DNA of 64,000 bases from Planctomycetaceae bacterium (GTDB lineage Bacteria; Planctomycetota; Planctomycetia; Pirellulales; UBA1268), in the NCBI GenBank assembly GCA_011523305.1, contig WTHB01000010.1:20526-84525 (forward strand), read 5' to 3'. The notes under the pieces were generated by a model. That model saw nothing but the letters and a program-made list of their open reading frames with translations, made no database searches and was not told the origin of the DNA. Made by a program: the position numbers and the translations under genes. Of the stretch, positions 58,665 to 64,000 are shown in pieces; position 1 is the stretch's first letter; the number at the start of each line of letters is the position of its first letter.

Positions 58665-59207
58665 ATGACAGTCCCTGATTCCATTCATTTTTCTTGCCCA
58701 AATGGCCACGGAATCACCGTGCCGGCCAGGCTCGCGGGCAAAAGCGGTACGTGCTCCAAGTGCGGAGTCGCCGTCACGATCCCGACGGAGCAGGCAGAAC
58801 AATCGGATGAACCTCCCGGTTCAGCCATTGTCGATGACCTCTCGGAATCACTGGTGTCGTCAGCAGATCTCCTGGGGGATGCGATTGATCCAACTGCTCC
58901 AATTGCGGCCGCCGTCGAGGGAAGTTTGCCGCCTGATAACCCGACTGCCCGACTGGTCGCTCGCCTCTGGCAGGAGCGACAGCATGGTGGCGAAGTGGAA
59001 CTGCACATTGCAGGCAGTTCTCGACCGATCCTGCCGCAGTTCTTTGAACGCGACTGGTCGCAAGGCAGTCACGCGTTGTTTGCCCGGCAGGAGCCTGATG
59101 GTTCAGTCACGCTTGAGGCCGTCGCCTGGGAATCAGTCCAGCGGGTTGTGGTCCGCAAGGTGCGGGGGCTGCCCGACGGCATGTTTCTCGACGCAGGCGA
59201 GACTTAA
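58665..59207 (+). CDS. Soluble zinc-ribbon protein (180 aa) of unknown function
   Basis: IHFSCPNGHGITVPARLAGKSGTCSKCGVAVTIP, related to the N-terminus of the divergent neighbour. No TM segment. Confidence 0.6.
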   Translation: MTVPDSIHFSCPNGHGITVPARLAGKSGTCSKCGVAVTIPTEQAEQSDEPPGSAIVDDLSESLVSSADLLGDAIDPTAPIAAAVEGSLPPDNPTARLVARLWQERQHGGEVELHIAGSSRPILPQFFERDWSQGSHALFARQEPDGSVTLEAVAWESVQRVVVRKVRGLPDGMFLDAGET

Positions 59208-59239
59208 GGCTGAGTGCGTCTGCACTGCCATAGGTGAGG

Positions 59240-59740
59240 CTACTCGGTATCGTCACTGAGATCACCTTCAGTGATCATGCTGAAACCCTTGTTGCCGAGG
59301 GTCTCTAATCCCATCTCGGTGTTGTCAACCATCAAGGCCACGACTGGGCGGCCGCGGGGCCGCATCAGCACTGGGTAGGCCTGGATGATGTTGATTTCAG
59401 CTTGGAGCAACGCCGTGCAGATGCGAACCAGTGGCTGCGGATCATCGGGCAGTTCGACGCCGATGAGATCGCTCTCGATAATCGCCAGACCAGCCCGTTC
59501 AAGGATTTCACGACCCTGTTCGGGGTGGCTCAGCAAAAACCGAACGAAGGCGCATTCGCCGGCATCGCTGATCGAGAGGGCCACAATCCGCACCCGGCTT
59601 CCGTTGAAACGGCGGACCAATTCAAGCAGTTGCCCGACGCGGTTTTCCAGAAACACCGTGAACTGGCGAAGCGTCGGCCAATTGCGACCGCGAGCTGTGG
59701 CAAACCCGATCACGCCTTCGCCTGCATCGCCAAAACTCAT
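59240..59740 (-). CDS. Tandem ACT-domain protein
   Basis: Two beta-alpha-beta-beta-alpha-beta-like units (LRQFTVFLENRVGQLLELVRRFNGSRVRIVAL... and LIGVELPDDPQPLVRICTALLQAEINIIQAY...). Confidence 0.6.
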   Translation of the reverse strand: MSFGDAGEGVIGFATARGRNWPTLRQFTVFLENRVGQLLELVRRFNGSRVRIVALSISDAGECAFVRFLLSHPEQGREILERAGLAIIESDLIGVELPDDPQPLVRICTALLQAEINIIQAYPVLMRPRGRPVVALMVDNTEMGLETLGNKGFSMITEGDLSDDTE

Positions 59741-59870
59741 GATTGTTCTACCAGTCCTTCCCGTCCTTCATGGGCGTCACGTCGGCAGAATAGGCTTTTT
59801 CTGGGGCACCGGTCAATTATTTTGAGGTGGTTCCCGGGGCGAGTGATCGACAGATCGGCATAATGCAGGG

Positions 59871-60341
59871 GTGGTCCGCTTGTTGTCCGGTCGCTCCACT
59901 GCCCTGAATCATTCCTCTCGCCGCGAGCACACCGTGTCCGATCATGTCGCCTCCCCCGCCTCTGTCCACGAGATGGAGATTCGTGTCCGGTATCAGGAAA
60001 CCGACGGGCAACGGCGAGTGCACCATGCCAACTACCTCACCTATTTTGAGATGGGTCGCACCGAGATGCTGCGGGCCCATGGGCAGACCTACCGCGACTT
60101 CGAGGACGCCGGTCTCTTCATGGTGGTGTCTGAGGCCAGTTGTCGGTACCAGGCACCGGCGGAATATGACGACCTGCTGGTGCTGCGAACTCGGGTTGAG
60201 AAAATCACCGCCGCCAGTATTCGGCACGCCTATGAACTCATTCGGGACCGCCGGATTATCGCTACCGGTTCCACGCTGGTTGTCTGTGTCGATCGAGAGG
60301 GGCGAATCAGGCGGCTGCCAGACTGGATTGTGGGGGACTGA
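59871..60341 (+). CDS. YbgC/4HBT-family acyl-CoA thioesterase (hotdog fold)
   Basis: EIRVRYQETDGQRRVHHANYLTYFEMGRTEML...FMVVSEASCRYQAPAEYDDLLVLRTRV. An alternative start at 59973 would remove a non-conserved leader. Confidence 0.8.
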   Translation: MVRLLSGRSTALNHSSRREHTVSDHVASPASVHEMEIRVRYQETDGQRRVHHANYLTYFEMGRTEMLRAHGQTYRDFEDAGLFMVVSEASCRYQAPAEYDDLLVLRTRVEKITAASIRHAYELIRDRRIIATGSTLVVCVDREGRIRRLPDWIVGD

Positions 60342-60581
60342 GGCAGCGACGCCGCTGCGGTCGGTCTGCCGAGAGCAATCCGGCGGCGGACAAAACTGTC
60401 CGGCATGGCAGTGATCAGTTTTTGCGACCGTAACGCGAGACCACTGCCATGATTGGCCAACTGCATGGCGTGGCGTAACGTTCAGCGGCTTGCCGCAGAC
60501 CTGCGGCCGGTGCCTCCAGGGTAGGAGCGTCGTTGTCCGTCCGACTCACTGAAGTCGGAACCCTCTCGGGAGACTTCCCTG

Positions 60582-60833
60582 ATGACCCATGCAGCAGAGC
60601 GCGAACTTGAACACGTCGGCGAAACATCTGGCTGTTGCGATCACGACCACGATCTGATTCACGAGCTGAGCCGCCGGCTCGACAGCCTGTGGCGGTATGA
60701 CCAGTACATTGCCAACGCGGAGTGGCGGGACGAACTCCGGCAGTTCTGGGAGGACGCCAAGGCGATGGAGCAGCAGGCGATTCAGCGGCTGAAAGAACTG
60801 GTCAAGCAGGAGGTTCGGAACGACCGCTTCTAG
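60582..60833 (+). CDS. Small hypothetical helical protein (83 aa) with a CCDHDHD motif
   Basis: Protein-like amphipathic helices (LIHELSRRLDSLWRYDQYIANAEWRDELRQFWEDAKAMEQQAIQRLKELV). No family recognised. Confidence 0.5.
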   Translation: MTHAAERELEHVGETSGCCDHDHDLIHELSRRLDSLWRYDQYIANAEWRDELRQFWEDAKAMEQQAIQRLKELVKQEVRNDRF

Positions 60834-60913
60834 GTTCACGCTGCGGAAGCCCTCCGGGCATTGGTCCACGTGGGGGCTTCCGGCAGCATGGAGCCCAGCA
60901 GTGCTGGCGAAGC

Positions 60914-61231
60914 CTAGCGGGGGCGGCGGAATCCACCGAGGTCGTCCTCGTCGGAATCCCAGACAATACCCTCGCCGGGGTTTTCGAGCCGCCCGACTCC
61001 ATCGGCACCATCGCAGAAGCCGTCCGCCTCCGCCCACTGGTCATCACGTTCAAACTGGCAGACATACGCCAGCAGTGATTGCATCTCGGCAGCCGAGATC
61101 TCGGCGTCCCGAAAGCAATGGATGATCGTGTCGGTTGGGTCGGGAACACCTGCTCGGTTTTCTGCCGAGGCAGCCTGTTCACCGTCTTGGACGTACCGGT
61201 CACAAAGCGTCAGTAGTTCATCGCGTGTCAT
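60914..61231 (-). CDS. Hypothetical acidic protein (105 aa)
   Basis: The ORF has a coherent acidic composition. No family recognised. Confidence 0.4.
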   Translation of the reverse strand: MTRDELLTLCDRYVQDGEQAASAENRAGVPDPTDTIIHCFRDAEISAAEMQSLLAYVCQFERDDQWAEADGFCDGADGVGRLENPGEGIVWDSDEDDLGGFRRPR

Positions 61232-61525
61232 TGTTCGATCCCTCCGCAGGTCATCCGTACTCCGGCATTGGGCTCGGCCGTCGGTGCTGCAGTCGCATTC
61301 GCCCGACGACTCCCCGCGTTCCTACGAACGATATGTCCGGAACGTTCGGATTGCATGAACGGCGAGCGATGAAAATTGTGTGAGGGGCAGCCCGGATCTC
61401 CCACAGGTGGGCTGAAAAATCACGTTTAGTCGGCTTTTCTTCGTAAAATAAGCGAGTGAAATGGGTCCGGGAGATTGGCCCCCGGGTGACACCACGCCCA
61501 CGCGGGGGTTTTCGGACTGTTGGTA

Positions 61526-62401
61526 TCAGTCGGGCAATGGGCAGGGTGGTCCAGTCTGATCAGGAGTCGCGACCACGACGGCCCGGGCCGTCCGGTCGAT
61601 GCCGACCAGGTGTGGCTGCTGCCCGGCAACGGTGTGCAGGGGATCGATGGCCACACCCTGGCCGGGGAAGGGGCAGCGGTGCACCTCAACAAGTTGCAGT
61701 CGACCCGTTGGTTCCGCCGTCCCGGGTAGCCGCAGCCGATAGAGCACCGGAAAGTGATGGTGGCTGGCGAGCAGGCTGTCGCCATCCCAGATGCCACCGG
61801 ATGCGCTCATGCCGTCGAAATCGGCAATAACATCTGCAGGGAACAGAAAGCGTCGCAGTTCCTGATCGAGCCCGCCGTCGGCATATTCAACGAGGCAGGT
61901 CTGATGATTATCTGCACCGTAATGGGCGAAGCAGCACCACCAGTTGCCATCACGCCGGATGCACCAGACGAGGCTGCCGGGAGGCTTAGCAAAGGTGTGA
62001 TACACCTCCAGCGTATCGCTGCCCGTGCTGTACACCCGAATGTCAGATTCGTGAGGTGTGTTCGGATAGTTTGAATGGGCACAGTAAAGCCTGCCGTCGT
62101 GCATGAAGCCACTGTTGAGGTGCTTGGTCGTCGGCGAGGTAGCGGTGCTGAGCAGGTGGCCGGTGAGACGGTCAAACTGTGCGACGGTGGTGCTTGAAAT
62201 CGCATAGAGATGATGCGTGTCCGCTGCTGCAGCCTGGGTGGCATGCGGCGTTAGCAGCCGTCTGACAGTGGACCACCCGTTTCTTGACGCGAAGGCGGAG
62301 GCATCGGGCCGTGCTCCTTTGTCTGCGGCAAGGAGGCATGTGGTGAGGCTGAGGGCGAGCGTCGTTAGGAGGGCACGCTGGGGGCTGAGCGATGTCGTCA
62401 T
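61526..62401 (-). CDS. Hypothetical secreted protein (291 aa)
   Basis: Signal peptide (ALLTTLALSLTTCLLAA) and a GAGGGA Shine-Dalgarno-like sequence upstream. No family recognised. Confidence 0.55.
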   Translation of the reverse strand: MTTSLSPQRALLTTLALSLTTCLLAADKGARPDASAFASRNGWSTVRRLLTPHATQAAAADTHHLYAISSTTVAQFDRLTGHLLSTATSPTTKHLNSGFMHDGRLYCAHSNYPNTPHESDIRVYSTGSDTLEVYHTFAKPPGSLVWCIRRDGNWWCCFAHYGADNHQTCLVEYADGGLDQELRRFLFPADVIADFDGMSASGGIWDGDSLLASHHHFPVLYRLRLPGTAEPTGRLQLVEVHRCPFPGQGVAIDPLHTVAGQQPHLVGIDRTARAVVVATPDQTGPPCPLPD

Positions 62402-62426
62402 GGCAGAATCTGATTCCCTCTGTGTA

Positions 62427-62436
62427 GGGGGGGGGG
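62427..62436. repeat. Homopolymeric G10 tract (C10 on the reverse strand), 25 nt upstream of the 61526..62401 start codon
   Basis: Read directly: tgtgta-gggggggggg-catgg. Confidence 0.9.
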
Positions 62437-62512
62437 CATGGTGGCGTGCAGATTGGCTGCTGGAATTGGGTCAAAAAGGCAGTTTAGCCGCATCTTTCGT
62501 GACAAAACTCTG

Positions 62513-62542
62513 TTGTCAGAACTTTTCCTGACGCGCTACACT
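62513..62542 (+). promoter_or_regulatory. Candidate sigma70-like promoter TTGTCA - 18 nt - TACACT upstream of the giant surface-protein gene
   Basis: Hexamers read by eye, about 200 nt upstream of the ATG at 62746. Confidence 0.3.
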
Positions 62543-62745
62543 CCGTGTGAAAATCACCTGGTTTTCGTTCGTGGGACAAGTGGAGCCGAGTGTCCGCTCC
62601 TTGCGTGAAGCAGGCCGAGGAAACCTCCTCCAACAGCCAAAATGGCACTCATGTAGCAGCACAAGGCTGCGACTGCTCGTTTCGGCGGCCGTCTGCCACT
62701 GTTGGATATTAAAAACTTGCGATTTTTTGTCAGGAAGTGATTCAC

Positions 62746-64000
62746 ATGCATCTCTCAAAGCGACAGCAACTCCAGTTGGAAAAAGCCCGCAAGCGGCGGC
62801 GTGCCCGTCAACAACAGCAGCGGCCGAGCCCCGCTTTTGAGCCACTCGAGCCACGGATGGTCCTCAGTGGAACGTCGGCCGACCCAACGCTCGGACTGAC
62901 CTCCGCCCAGGTGGCCGCCCTTTCGTCGGGCTTCACCTCGCTCGCTCAACGGCTTACCGAAGCCCAAGCTTCCGACATGCTCGCCTCATCAGCTGCAGGC
63001 CTCGGCCAGCCACTCGGCACGCTGATCTCGGTTGGAGATGAATTGCGAACCGGGCTGACCGATCCCTTGGCAGTCGGCCTTTCCGGGGCCATGAACGTCG
63101 CCCAGATTGAGTCGGCCATCAATGATGCGGTCAACACGCCCGATGACTTTCTTTCGGCAGTGGCCATCAACACCACGACGGAAACCAATGCTTCTGGCGA
63201 CACGGTCGTTTGGTTCTCGTTGTCGCTCGATGGCTCGGAAACCCTGGTCGACTACGAGCTTGACCTTGGCCAGGCCGGGATCAGCGGGGCCCAGGGCCTT
63301 CTCCGTGAGCAGGGGCTTGTTGTCGATGCGGTTGAGGTTGGACTCGATACCACACTGGAAGCCAATTTTGCCATCGGCGTGACACTGGCCGCCGGGCTGA
63401 CCGCGAACGAGATGATTTGTGTCAAAAGCGACACGATTGCCGTCGGCGCGTCCGCCAGTGGAACGGTCACGGGCATCGACGCCCGGTTTGGGGCCATCCG
63501 GCTTGGCGATGCGGCCGGGGCCAACATCAGCGTGGCCCTTGACCTCGGTGTGAACCTCGATCTGCAGGAGGACGCAGGCGGCTGCCTGTCGCTGGGCAGC
63601 CTTGATGTCGGCGACCTTGGAGACGTTTTCAGCCAGCTTGATGTTTCGACCGACTTCGACGTGACGATTCCCTTCGACTTTGACATCGGTGGCTTTGGCG
63701 AGTCGGGCAGCAGCCTGAATATCTCGATCGGCTCGCCAGATCTGCTCGACGCTGCCAATATAGCGATGACCTTGCCGACACTTCATATCGGTGACGTTGA
63801 CTTCGATTTTGACAACCTCAGCAACTTTTCAATCAACGACGTCGGCTCGCTGCTCGACGATCTCAGCCTCTGGATTCCTGAAATCGGCACCGGCTTTGAG
63901 TTGCCGCTGATCGGGCTCGATGTGGCCGACCTGTTTGGTGACGGCATTGAGTTCGACTGGGATGGCCTCTTCGGCGGTTTAAAATCGCCTGAGGGTGAGT
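62746..64000 (+). CDS. N-terminal part of a very large secreted/surface repeat protein; continues beyond the window
   Basis: Absent from the ORF track (no stop in window). Hand translation from the ATG at 62746 gives MHLSKRQQLQLEKARKRRRARQQQQRPSPAFEPLEPRMVLSGTSADPTLGLTSAQVAAL..., open to position 64000. The basic N-terminus followed by LEPRMVLS is the leader typical of giant planctomycete/verrucomicrobial surface proteins. Downstream sequence is Asp/Gly-rich (DFDVTIPFDFDIGGFG, VDFDFDNLSNF). Confidence 0.75.
   Translation, partial: MHLSKRQQLQLEKARKRRRARQQQQRPSPAFEPLEPRMVLSGTSADPTLGLTSAQVAALSSGFTSLAQRLTEAQASDMLASSAAGLGQPLGTLISVGDELRTGLTDPLAVGLSGAMNVAQIESAINDAVNTPDDFLSAVAINTTTETNASGDTVVWFSLSLDGSETLVDYELDLGQAGISGAQGLLREQGLVVDAVEVGLDTTLEANFAIGVTLAAGLTANEMICVKSDTIAVGASASGTVTGIDARFGAIRLGDAAGANISVALDLGVNLDLQEDAGGCLSLGSLDVGDLGDVFSQLDVSTDFDVTIPFDFDIGGFGESGSSLNISIGSPDLLDAANIAMTLPTLHIGDVDFDFDNLSNFSINDVGSLLDDLSLWIPEIGTGFELPLIGLDVADLFGDGIEFDWDGLFGGLKSPEGE

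Noticed and set aside
61470-61512. GC hairpin followed by TTTT (CCCCCG...CGGGGGTTTTC) resembling an intrinsic terminator on the plus strand
   Set aside because: No plus-strand gene ends nearby; the closest ends at 60833. The stem is only 6 bp with an 18-nt loop. It lies just downstream of a minus-strand gene, for which the orientation is wrong.
62989-63786. 265-aa and 168-aa minus-strand ORFs near the right edge
   Set aside because: Both are antisense to the long open plus-strand frame that starts at 62746 with the LEPRMVLS leader. The plus-strand translation is far more protein-like.

Overview
Visibly GC-rich chromosomal segment. The gene content looks planctomycete-like: a DUF1080 fusion, a ThuA-like secreted protein, MJ0042-type zinc-ribbon membrane proteins, and a giant surface protein with an N-terminal LEPRMVLS motif. 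I call about 48 protein genes, 2 tRNAs (Leu-TAG, Arg-TCT), one intergenic repeat pair, one homopolymer tract and three low-confidence promoter-like sites. I saw no rRNA, CRISPR array, transposase or prophage.

Main blocks, left to right:
- Housekeeping genes: lptF/G fragment, comF, hemC, an orphan NarL-type response regulator, xerC/D-type recombinase, PIG-L deacetylase, M32 carboxypeptidase, amidase.
- A four-gene alternative chemosensory module, CheW / CheR-TPR / Cys-motif CheW / CheA-REC. The order matches wspB-C-D-E, but no receptor, CheB or output gene is in the window.
- lpxA, a small TPR protein, tRNA-Leu and an HTTM-domain membrane protein.
- A co-directional 12 kb 2-oxoacid dehydrogenase block: lpd, aceE, aceF, sucA, sucB and a second lpd.
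- tRNA-Arg, a SMUG1-type uracil glycosylase, a GAF-PP2C phosphatase and SppA.
- The most interesting locus: a 3543-aa single-polypeptide hybrid PKS-NRPS (KS-AT-DH-ER-KR-ACP-C-A-PCP-TE, no loading module). It is flanked by an Sfp-type PPTase, the two halves of a MacB/Lol-type ABC exporter on opposite strands, an unknown secreted protein and a beta-barrel OMP-like protein.
- Accessory genes: ThuA-like, a CE15 esterase-DUF1080 fusion, HdeD, a Ser/Thr kinase, a mini cytochrome c, an HD phosphohydrolase, two divergent zinc-ribbon genes, ACT, a thioesterase, small unknowns, and the start of a giant surface protein.

All calls come from reading the supplied translations and hand-translating where the ORF track is silent. 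No database search was run.
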